DNA from: Schmidtea polychroa
Lineage: Eukaryota
Assembly (NCBI GenBank): GCA_044892525.1
Contig: CM097887.1
Span: 92,482,397-92,546,396 of the forward strand
DNA: 64,000 nucleotides
Reading direction: 5' to 3'
This document shows positions 1-13,000 of the stretch, one piece after another. Position 1 is the stretch's first letter; every line of letters begins with the position of its first letter. A program made the position numbers and the translations under genes. The notes beneath the pieces were generated by a model. It worked only from the letters and a program-made list of their open reading frames with translations. It did not search any database and was not told the origin of the DNA.

Positions 1-880
1 TATGCCTGTTTTCTTGGTCGTTGTTATTCGTTATTTTTGACGACAGGGATTGTTTTTGCCAACGACCTTTTTGTCAGAGTCCCTTTTGACAGGTCACCAA
101 TTTTAGTATAGAAAATGATGGTTTCTTGTTATCAGCATCAATTAAATGTTAAACAAATAAATAAGATATGTATTATATGAAAATTTTCGATAATTATCGA
201 AAATCTATAGATAATAAATATTTTTTATTATCTATAAATAATTTGTAGCAAAGGCTTATATTATCATTTATTTGTTTAATAATTTTATATATTTTACTTA
301 CACTGTTGAGGAATATTATTTTTGGTTTTTCTGTGAAACTTTCTTAAAAATAATTTTGTTTTAATAATAAAGTCTCCGAAAGAGTTAATTTAATGAATTG
401 TATTAATTATTTTACTTATGTTAAATCTAATAATCTGGATTCGCTGAGAACTGAATCCTTTGGTGGTTTTTCAATGAAAATAAATGAATGAATCCTTGAT
501 TTTAACTCAAATGCCAAAGAGTCTTATTGAAGAAATAGTTTCTACCGATGGAATAAAGAGTTGTTTATTTTATTTACAAATTGGAATGTGTTTCATCTGT
601 TACAGAAGATAAGTTATTGAAAAAATCTAACAATTCGTTACCTCAATTTGATAGAAATTTGAATTTAAAAGTTTATAAGGATAAAAATCTAAAGTCAAAT
701 CAAATTAAAAGAATTAATATTTCGAATATTTATTCATCCCATTCGAATCATTGGATACAAACTAACTAAATATAATTTCATAATATTTTCAAAGATTAAT
801 TGAATTTAATACCAAAAAAATTATAAATAATACAAAATTATTAAAATTTTTTTTATAAAAACAGTCAGAACGTATATTAC

Positions 881-1063
881 CCCAGTTTCCAATTCATTTC
901 GTTTATTCAACATTTGCTTTTTAAGATTTAAGTGTTCTTGATTATAATTTTTCATAGTTTCTTCATTTTGTGAATTATGGAATGACCTCAACACTTCTTT
1001 CTCAGTTTGCAATTTTTTTTCTAGTTCTAAAGTTTCTCGAAGATGTCTACTTTCTAATTTATT
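881..1063 (-). CDS. tao: TAO kinase exon (C-terminal coiled coil), last exon I can place
   Basis: AG acceptor 1064-65, GT donor 879-80, 61 codons, phase 0/0; [29 protein letters not shown] aligns to TAO LRLDEAQEAE...LQQELELLNAYQ. Confidence 0.75.
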
Positions 1064-4000
1064 CTTAAAAAAATAAATTATCAAAATACGCCGCCGTTTA
1101 GATTACAAAGAAATCTATAAATATAACATAAATATAAAATTGTTGTTTGCGTAGGGTATTTAAAAAGTTAATGTACTTATATTTGAAATAAATAATTATT
1201 AAATCAATAAATATTTAGTTGACTCAGAAAATTTACATAACATTTTAAAGAATAAAGTTGCGAACTGAAGTTAAAAGAAAATCTAATAATAATTCTAATA
1301 GTTACTTTAATTTAATATACACGAAATATTCATTAAAAAATTCAATTTCTGTTATTATTATGAAAATATAATGAAGGACTACATTGTGTGAATTGTTTCG
1401 GGACACTCAATAATCTTCCTTGCAGTGGGTACGACTCAATAAACACTTTCACTTGACTTACAACTCATGATCGTGTTAAAGCCACATACAGTTTGCCATG
1501 TGAAAATACTTGGGTCTCCGAACCGGAATTTTCGTTAATTAATTTAAAAAAATATAAATCAAATGAAATATTTTTCATTTTACAAAAAATTATATAGCTA
1601 AATTCATATTTCTTAGATATATTTAACAAAAAATCATGAACTGAATTTACTACTCATTCAGTTGAGTAGTATACAATACCAAAATAAAATTAATAATAGT
1701 GTTATACAGTCAGTCAGTGATGGACGAATATATGTATATTGTTAGTATTTTAATCCTAGGATAACTAAAATAAATAATTTCAATTAATATGTTATCTCAA
1801 AATAAATTTGTATGGGCTTTAATAAGACTTAACAAGATAACAAGTAAAATCAAATCTGAGAAGTGCAATAAACTATCAATCAAGTAGTCTTTTATATAGG
1901 ATTAAATTAAAGTTTAATTAGATTTACAAAATAATTCGGATTTTAAGTATAGTATTTAGTTTATTAGTAAAATGTTCCATAAATCTGCAATAAATATTTA
2001 ATAATATTAACTGACTCGATTAAATAAATAAAAATAATTAATTTAATAAAACAAAATGTAAAAATTAATTAAATTATTAGTGAATTGAATTTTGTCTATA
2101 AGTTCAAATAATTCATTTTAATTTGTAGCCGCCAGAGCAGGGACCATTTTACTGAATTAAGAATATATTTCGTTTCAAGTTTTCAAGTGCGTTTTGAATT
2201 TTGTACTGATTAGATTATTAGCATGTGCAATTTAGTAATAATTGTAAAAATAGATATGAATGGACCAATCTGAAACAAAATAATTCACAAAAATAATAAT
2301 AGGCATAATTCAACAACAAATTGTCTAAAGTTCCAATAGATTTTCAAAATACTAAGTAAACCTTATGATATTAAAGACCAATAAGAATTTAATACGAAAA
2401 ATTGCAAGATATATATAATCTATGTCACCAGGTAAAATTTAATTTATTTTAATAAATATTTATGAAAAAGGATTAAAAAATTATATTTACAAGAGCTGAT
2501 AAATTTCGACAAATAAACAATGTATTGAATTAATTGAATTAATCAATAATTAATCTCATTTCATTTATAGAAACACAATAATAACCAATCCAATCATATA
2601 CAAAATTGAGTACAAGAATGACCGAGATTATTTTCACCATTCATAACATATAACACTCATTGATAAAATTTTATAATAACGTGACAATTTTTTTAATTAA
2701 AAATTTATTACTTATTTTGAAAATATAGATTTATAAAAACAATAAAATCCATTTATTATTAACAAATTAAAATGTAATTGAAAAATTAATTCACAACTTT
2801 CTATCACTCGGAATGGTGACAATTCCATTTATTCAGGATATGAATAATGATTTGAAATAACTGAAATTCATTGTTTGTAGGTGAATATTTATATAAATAT
2901 ACAAGAAACAAATAAACACATCATATTTCCCAGTAAATATCTCACTTAGAAATTTATAATCAAATGTAAAATTTTCCATAATTGAAGCAATATTTGCTTT
3001 AATTGCAGCCATTCGATTAGTTAAAGCAGTATATATTTTTTAAAAATTCAAAAAACGATTAATTTATTTAATTTAAATCATATAGCAGGGGTGGGCACGC
3101 ATGAGGTCCTAGAGAGCCACATGGCTCATCAAAGAGCCGCACTTGCCCACCCCTGGTATATAGTGTAGTGAGACATGTATTATTTAAATATTGCTTATAA
3201 AAAGAATCAAACAAGGTAGAATGTAATAAGGAAATATTAAATTTTGATTCTAAATACCGCCATCGAATGACACTATAAATTTTAATTCTGTTTACACCTA
3301 TTTTGTGACACAGGTAAAAATGAACTAACCATGAAACTACAATTGCAACAAAAAATTTTTTTTTAAAAATTCAGTTGAAAAAATTTCAAAATAAAAAAAT
3401 CGAATTCAATTTTCAAATTCAATTATCAAAAATTCAATTATCAATGAGCCGCAGTTTACTCAACGAAGAGCCGCATGCGGCTCTAAGAGCCGCATTTGCC
3501 CACCGTTGTCATATAGTATTAAAATCTTTTAGTTTAATTTTCATTAATCAAAAATGGTAATAACTTGTTATTAAAAATAGAAACATTTTTCTATACAGTA
3601 TTTACCAAATAATAATATTTTAATCAAATAATATGACTTTATAAACTCTTTATAGAGTCAAATTGATTATACTACAAGTGAATTTCGATTTGTTGACACT
3701 CCTAAATCATCAGCGTCAAATATAAATCAATTACATTCGATGGTTAGACATTTTAATTTAAAACCATTTCATTCGGGAATAAATAAAAAATTAAAAAATA
3801 TATTGAGCTCTAGAGAATAAGCTAATTCATATAAAGAGTTGAGATTTATGCATGAACTCATACTTGAAAATATTATAATAAGCCTATTATAAAAACCACA
3901 TATTAACCCTCATCATGTTTTTACCCCTTTTCATGTACTCATACATGTTACAGATGCATGAAATTCGTTCGTTTGCAGTTCATGCTCTTTAAATGTGCAT

Positions 4001-7000
4001 CTATACTTTTATTATTCATAGCTCGCTCATTGTTTCTGTTTAATATCTTTACATCTTAATAGTCTTTAGTACAACTATCCCGATGATCAATAATGAAGAT
4101 ATAACGACTGGCAAGTAATCACATAATGTTATAGAAAGCCACAAGTACAAGTTCAAATTTTAAATTATGAAGCGTCTAGTTTTTATGGGTCAATAAAATA
4201 TTATTATTAAAACCGCTCGATGGTTCATCATCATGGTGTTTTAGGTGGGCGAACGGTCGTGCTGTCGAACCATCTAAATTTACTTGTACATTAATATTTA
4301 TAGAAGATATTATTTACATAAAATACCATATGTGTTTTTTATATTAAAATAATTTACCTAAACCAATTTATTATAAGATTTTATAAAATGTATTATAAAA
4401 TATGCAAAATGTTTTCTGGAAATATTTAATAATCGCTTATGCATGTATGTATCGTTTGGTTTTAAAAGTTAAATTTTATTAATATTTTTTCATATTGCTT
4501 AAGGAAATTTAACGAAACTCGATAAACTCAATTCTCTGATGATAATTATGCTTAAATTCTAGTCAAAAACCATTCCACTTTATTCACTTTAAAATACTGA
4601 CATAAAATAATGCACAATTTTATTTAATCTTTCACTGGACAAACAATTTACGGCACTAATTTCTGCAGTACATAACTAGTGGAGAAAATATTAAAAAAAT
4701 TCACAATATCGTTAAAATTTAAAATTTTAGAGGTTAAGCAACCTTTCTCCGTTTTTTTGGTTATATTTTTTAATATTTCGCGACTTCTTTAAAACCCTTT
4801 AAATGGATAAATCAACAAATTTATATAAATGTAGATTTTTTATATACGTATATACCAGATCATAATTAAAATGACAAAAATTTTGAAGAAAGGCAATTGT
4901 GAATTTAAACTATTTCAGCTATATTTGATTTACTTTGTTACCGAAAATTTTCTTTCAATAAAACTTGCAGCCAAGTTTTACAATATTCATCAATTATTTC
5001 AAACAAATAAATTTATTATTATTCACTGATAATTTTATTGATTAACATAATATATTACTAACATTAATTTCCATGTAGTTTTGTTAATGATTTTACTATG
5101 ATCAGTGCCGTACTATCGCAAGTGCAACAAGTGCAATCGCACTGGGCCCCCTATTTTTGAGGGGCCCCAAATATTAAATACATTAGAAAATCTTCTCCAA
5201 TACCATAAATTACTACGAATAGAAAGAAAAAAAAAATTTGAAAATTCAAAATTCGTTTAACTTTCAAAAAAATCTAGTTGGCAACGATTTAATTTGAAAC
5301 AAATATACCTAATAATTCAGTTGTTTTTTGCTTCAAATTGTTATCTTCTGTTTGTTTATTATATCGTCTTATTAGTGAAAAGTAATATTATTTCAAAGTT
5401 ATAAACAGAAATAAGTTTTATTTTAATTATAGGTTTAACGATTCGTTTATATATTTAATAAATTGTAATTTTCACTTTTCAAATTAAATTTGTGTTAACG
5501 AACATAGTTTGAAAACATATACATACATTCAAATTTATAGAAGAAATACATCAGGTAAACTGTTGTTTTTGTAAATTTTTTCACCTCAATTAGAAATGTC
5601 GAAAAGATGTTATGAAAGCGGCGCACAAAAAAGAGCAAAACAGGTCCGGAAATCATCAGAATTAAATAGGCTTGCTGGATCATTAGATACATTTTTTAAA
5701 CGAGGCGAAAGTTCATCAATTTCGAACACTAATTTAATTGAAATATGTAATTCAAATAGTATGTCTCAACTTGAAAACAATGTAGAAGAAAATGTAAATG
5801 AGCCACAACTTCAGAATATTGATGATAATCAGAGCGAGAATGTAGATGATGAATCAGGAACCAATTGCGTAAATATTGACGATATTTTATCTGATAATAT
5901 TTCAGAAATTAGTAATAATCCACAAATAGAGAGCAGTACTTTATCTGCTAAATTTAAATATGATATATTAGATCCTGCAACTTGGCCTGTTGAAATCGAC
6001 AACAAACTGAACATGAATCTTCAAAGGAACATCTTGAATCAGCGTATAAATGGCGAATTCTAGAATTTAATATTAAACGTAGAACAGGAATAGACCATCT
6101 CAATGAAGATGTGTTCAATAAAGAAAAACGAAGGTGGCGAATAATTTTGAAATGTATAGTAAAAGCGGTATTGTATTTAAGTGAACGAAATTTAGCTTTT
6201 AGAGGCAGCAACGAAAACCTTTTTGAACTGAATAATGGTAATTTTTTGGGAGTAATTGAATTACTTTCTGATTTTGTTCCAGAACTAAAAATGCATTTAA
6301 AATCAATAACTGAAACGGAAAAAAGAGTGACGTCATATTTTTCCGCTAAAATTCAAAACGAGATTATATTACAACTAGCTTCTAAAGTTTTACATATAAT
6401 AGTAAATAATATTAAATCATCAAAGTACTTTTCAGTTATGATAGATTCAACACCGGATTTTCGCAAAAAAGATCAGTTGTCCATCTTTATTCGGTATGTT
6501 AAAATAACGGACCAAAAGCCAAGTATTCAAGAAAGTTTCTTAAGCTTTGTAAATATATTGTCCTCAACTGGCGAAAATTTAGCAAATGTCCTTATTGAGG
6601 AATTAAGAGTATTGAGAATCAAAATTGCTGATTGCCGTGGTCAGTCGTATGACAACGCAAGCAATATGAAAGAAGAATATAAGGGAGTGAAAAGTCGAAT
6701 TTTAGAAATCAACAATAAAGCATGGTATACACCATGTGGTGGACACAACATCAATTTAGTAATGGGAGATAGTGTAAAAAACACTATTAAAAGTCAGAAT
6801 TATTTCACTACATTAAATAATATATATAAGATTTTTGCTGCATCGACAAAGCGATGGGCTATTCAAGTAAAATATTTAAAAATTAATCTGAAGGCGCCCA
6901 GCGATACTCGATGGGAATATCGCTTTAAAAGTATAAAAGCCGTGAAATACCAGATTAAAGAAATTAGTCTTGCGCTAGATGAACTTAAAAATACCTACCC

Positions 7001-10000
7001 AGATTGTAAAACTCTTGCTGCATCTTTAATAAAACAAATAAATTCTTATGAATTTATTGTATTAACAACAATTTGGTATCACTTGTTATCAAAGCTTCAC
7101 ATTTTTAGCCAATTGCTTCAGCGAAAAGATATGGCAATTAATATTGCATTACAACATACAAGTGCTATGCTGTTATCGCTTGATGATTTTAAAAACAATT
7201 TCGAAGAAATTATAAAAGAAGCCCGGGAGTCATCGGTTGCAATAAATGCAATAGCACAGTTCACTGAACGGCCTTCTCGTGATACGCAAATATTAACAAG
7301 TAGAAACAATGAATGTCTTGATAAATCACCAGAACCTAGTTTACCATTACCAAAACGGAGAGTACGTAATCTCAAAAGATTGGCTGACTACTGTTATTAT
7401 ACAGACCATAAAAATAAAGCAGATGATAAATATAACTATGTCGATGTTATTAGTACAGATGATATACCAGATAATGAAATTGAACCAATTGAATGCTGTG
7501 AAGATATTGATATATATGATCTCATTCCTGAAATTGATGATGAGTGTAACCATCTAACTATAACTGCTGAAGATAAATTTAAACACTCTTATTTTTATAA
7601 ATTAATCGATATTGTAAAAGATTCATTGCAAGAACGATTTGAATCGTATAATTCTTTAAATGAAAATTTCGGTTTTTTTTTCGATAATAAGAAGCTAAAA
7701 ACTATGAATACAAATGAATTCAATGCTAATTGTACAAATCTGGTCAAGCACTTAGAAGGCGATATTGAAGAAGTGGAATTTAAAAATGAACTTTCTATTT
7801 TAAAATATATTTTAGAAGATAATTATACTATTATGCAGAATTTTCAATTCATTTTAGAAAGGAATTTGGAAGAATTATATCCAAATGTATGTATCGTATA
7901 TCGAATAATTTTAACAATACCCATTACAGTTGCTCATTGTTAACGATCGTTTTCAAAATTAAAATTAATTGAAAATTATCTACGGTCTACTATGTCGCAG
8001 GAAAGACTTTCTGGATTAGCAATACTGTCAATTGAAAATGCAACAGCCAGAACAATTGATTACAATGACATAATTGACGAATTTGCCAGCAAAAGAGCTA
8101 GAAAAATTACTCTATAATTGCTATTATTTTTTTAAATACAATCAATAAAAAATTAATTCAAATTTAAAAAAAAATTTTTTTTAGTTTCTGCACAGGGCCC
8201 CCAAAAGTCACAGCACGGCGCTGACTATGATTTGAATTTAAATAGATTTGTCCGTTTCAATTTGCTATTTTTACATTACTAATCCCATTTACTATCTTCG
8301 ACCGTATTGGCTACTTTGAATGAAATCCACTTTTCTTTTCTCAATTCACTTAATGGCTATCTGTGGCATATCTATACTTCACCACGAAATGCCATTAATT
8401 TATTGTAAGGCCGCATTGACCACGAAACCCAATCATTCAAACGTCAAATGTCTATCTTCAGCTAGAGCAAGTTGCTTTATACTCTCTATATTAACTTAGC
8501 TGATGTTTGTATGTTTTGTATATGGACGAAAATTTTGTGAGACCTACTTTCCGCGATCGGATTGAGTTGAAATTTGGCAAGTAGATTCGTTGTCGAGAAC
8601 ACTGCATGCTATCAAAATTTCAGATCGATCCGATCAAGGAAAGTGGGTTAATTAAAAAAATTGATATGTCAAATCTAGTGTCATTTCCTTGTTTAAATAT
8701 AAATTCTTATCTATTCATTAACTTCGAATTAAAGAGATAACGTAATGATATCTAAAATATGTAAATTTGAACCTTATGTCCATATAAGTACTTAAAGTCC
8801 AAAATAGTATTATTTCAAAATAGTAATGAGATTTCAAGTTGACATTTTTCAATATAAATCAAGAGAGTGAAATATAGAGAAAGTTCATAAAATCATGTTT
8901 TTTATGGTTGATTTTTTAGCAATTCTAAACATCATGAAAGTGTTTTATTTATTTTAATATTAATTATTTAATATTAATTGATATTTAATATATATTGTTA
9001 TTTAATATTAATTGATATTTAATATTTAACACTCATGTTAATTATTATCGAATTTTAGTCACTATTTTATTTATCTTCCTTAAAATTTTAAATATCCAAC
9101 CAAACTCAACAATTAGGTTACTTATATAATTTCAAAATTTTTCAGAAAAAATATTTTTTGATTAATTAAGAATTTCTCAAAATTTTTATTTTCTAAATAA
9201 ATAAATTTTAAAATTATAAGTTCATATATGTATAAAAAATTAGTTATTACCAATTCTTGAGCTTTCATTTTTTCAAGACTGGCATCGTATTGAGCTTTAA
9301 GTTCTACTTGTTTCTGGCGTTCATTTTCTTTTAATCTGTCAATAATCTGTTGTTCAGTTTCACCATTATAGTTTTTCCGGCTGTTTTTTAATTCGTCTTC
9401 TTTCAAAATTTTAAATTGTTTTTTCTGAATGCTTAATATGTCACGACAAGCTTTTTGATTTTCTTGCTCTTTGACCTGACAAAACGGATATCGAATGAAT
9501 ATCAATCAAATGTAAAATAAATAAAAATATACATAAAACTTTTTTAAAATATTTTCTTAAATAAATCAAAGAGTTGCAAAGAAAGTACCAATTGGTAATT
9601 CACTTTCAATTATGTTATGAGGAATTCCAACATCTGGAGATTTTGTTGATATTACCGCATATCTATACTATTATAAATCTAACTATAAAAATAAGTTAGC
9701 CAAACACTGCAATGTGGAGCTTATTTTTGAACTTTCAAAATATTACCTTCTTACCCTCCCATTCTGTTCCTATATATGAAAGAAAAATTCAGGCAAAATA
9801 TGAACACAATTGAACAATATTTAGGGGTAGCTCAAGGACAGAGAAGTTTCTGATACTCTTAAGCAGCGGCCGCCCATTTATTTACGGTACTTTACTATAG
9901 TAACTGAGAACTAAGTAAATTGAGACTTTCTCAGACTCTGATAATCATACAACATTTCAATCCTATTTTTACAATATACAATTAACACAAATTCTTCATA

Positions 10001-13000
10001 GTCCAGGCATGATCAGACTTGTTTAGTATGTTTACTGTGTGGACTGGCTATTGCAGGAGTTTGACAAATGTGTTTATAAATTTAAATTGTAAACAGTTGA
10101 TAACACTACTATTAAAGTGAGCATTAAATTGCTGGTAGGCCACTGAAGTGAAGCAAGCCTTCCTGAATCTATAGCTGCTGGTAAGTTAGTTGAATGTTAT
10201 TTGAATATTGAATATTATTTTCAATGTTTAAGTGTGAATAGTAATTAAATGAAGATATAGATTAGTTAGATAAGTAAATGTGAATTTTGTAATACAATTA
10301 TTCAAATTAACATATCAATCCATGAATCCAAAGTCAATGCTATTTTTATAATATTCATTTCAGATTCATTTCTGTAAGAAAATGTCATCAGTTGCAAAAG
10401 CAACACGATCTCAAACTGAGTTGTATCTTCTTGGCGATTCCGTAACTCAGTTACGTGGCAGCAAGCTGCCATCTTTACGTATGGCTCTTGGACTCTTCCT
10501 ACATCACCATCTGGAACTGAAAGAGACAATAAGACAATCATCGGCTGTTACCATTACAGAAGTATCGAAGTTTTGGCAGAAAGCGAGGATCCCGATGAGA
10601 GGGGGCGAAAAACTGTTATTACTATAGAACTTGCAGTAGCTTTAGATAGAACTAAAGTGTCAGATCGCAAGGCTGTTTTCGTTATTGCAGAAACTGCTAA
10701 AAGCCTGGGACAGAACATCGATGAACTTGCTCTAAACAGAGACTCGATTCGACGACTTAGGGTAGAACATGGAGTTCAGAGAGCTGCCAACATAAAAGCA
10801 AAGTTCCAGGATAATGTACCACTTGTAGTTCATTGGGACGGCAAACTGATTCCTGATCTGATTGGAAAGGAGAAGGTTGATCGACTGCCGGTTTTGGTTT
10901 CTGGAAAAGGAGTATCTCAGCTACTTACAGTTGCTAAGCTTCCATCTGGAACAGACGAAGCTCAGGCTGCTGCTGTATATGAAGCCATCAAAGACTGGGG
11001 CATAGCCAAGAGTATCCGAGCTATGTGTTTTGACACTACTAGCTCAAACACTGGTCGGATTGCTGGTGCTTGTGTACTGTTAGAGCAGAAGCTTCAGAAG
11101 GAGTTGTTATCACTGGCTTGTAGGCACCACATTATGGAACTGATAATTGGGGCAGTTTTCCAGGTCTGCATGGGAGCCTCATCCTCCCCAGAAGTTGCAC
11201 TCTTCAAACGCTTTCAAGAGTTCTGGAGATTTATAGATACGGCTAAGTATGAAGCAGGCACTACAGCTGATGACGTAGCAAGTTTACTGGAGGATATAAA
11301 GCAAGACACCGTCGATTATGCCAACAAGTATCTTGAACAGAGTCAGCCGAGAGATGACTATAAAGAATTCTTGGAACTTGTAATTGTCTTCCTCGGTGCT
11401 GCTCCTCCCAGAGGTGTACGGTTCATGGCACCTGGTGCAATGCACCATGCTCGTTGGATGTCCAAGGTGATATACAGCCAAAAAATTTGGATGTTCAAGG
11501 CGCAGTTCAAGCTGACTACTGCAGAAGAGCGAGGGTTGCGTGATGTTTGTGTATTTGCAGTACGAGTGTACCTGAAAGCTTGGATATCTGCACCTCAAGC
11601 AGCAGGTGCTCCATTCAGTGACTTGCTGCTGCTGAAGTCGCTGCTCGAGTACTCATCAATACATGCAGCCATTTCAAAGGCAACATCTCGCAAGTTTGCA
11701 AATCATTTGTGGTACTTATCTGAGAAACTGGTAAGCTTGGCTTTTTTCGACAGTCGGGTCAGTTCGTCAACCAAACGACTGATGGTGAGTGCCATGCAAA
11801 ATGATGAAAACCAGGATTCTGATCATTGCAAACGTATCACAGTTGCTCTTGGTTCATTCAAAGAGAAAAACTTGGAAGATTTTGTCACAGCTAAATCAAT
11901 GATTCTGCTGCAACAGCTTGAACTGCCAGATGGATTTCTTGCAGTTGACCCAGACTTGTGGGGAGACAGAGATGATTACAAACAAGCTGCAGAAACAGTT
12001 ACATCTCAAAAAGTTGTAAATGACCATGCTGAGCGTGGAGTGGCCCTCATTCAGGAATACAGTGGATTAATCACCCGTGATGAAACACAACTTCAATTCT
12101 TGCTGCAAGTTGTCCAGGACCATCGCAAAATGTATCCTGACAGCAGGAAAAAGACTCTGTCCGCCATCTCTGGGTTTACATAATAACAGTTAATTTCAAG
12201 TTTGCTGGACATTTACAGATTGTTTGTGTCAGAAGCTAAAGAAACATTTCACTATTAATGTCTATGTGTGTAACACTGAAGTTTGCAAAAAAATAAAATA
12301 TAATCAGAATTTGTTGAATTTACAAAAATTTTATCATATTTCAGGCACTTGAGCTACCTCTAAACATAAAAATTTATTGCTTAAACTTTTTATACAGTGT
12401 TTCTATACCATAAGGAACAGATTAGGGGGGTAAGACTTTCAAAAATTATTTTTTTATTTTTTTTTATTTTTTAAGCTCCACCCTACACTACATACTGTAT
12501 CATAGGTCATACATTTCAATTATATGTAATAATTTTAGAGAAAAAAGTTTCCTGAAAAATTTACTTGCAAGATTAATTATGAATGAAATCATATATCCCA
12601 TATATTTTTATGATTATGTTCGATATCACACATTATAATCCATTTTTTATAAAGAAAATATCTTGCGGTGAAGTTACTTTCTAACAAGTTTTACTATAAT
12701 TTGACAATAATCAGTAGGGTGGGTCGAAAAATTTTTTTTTCTCCAAACATGCCTAAAAAGTTGTGCTTATGCTAGAAAATGAAATATCCCTGCAAAAGAC
12801 TGCTGTTTAAAAGGGTTTACAGGTCCCAACTTTTGTTTGTATGTATTAGTACTATCCCAGTAAAAATGCTCGCACACGTGCCATTGTAAATTCATCCTGC
12901 AAGCAGTCACACGCTTGCAGAAAGACCATTTTTGACATGCTCTATTCACAAGTCCAAGCTAACGCGTGCATGTATAGAGAGGTTAATTCACGGAAGCACC

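Noticed and set aside
581-769. 62-aa plus-strand ORF as a gene
   Set aside because: TTG start, low complexity, no motif; could be TAO 3' region or part of a neighbouring gene.
4219-4274. GATGGTTC...GAACCATC hairpin as a pre-miRNA
   Set aside because: Only 8 bp pair cleanly; more like a decayed palindromic repeat.
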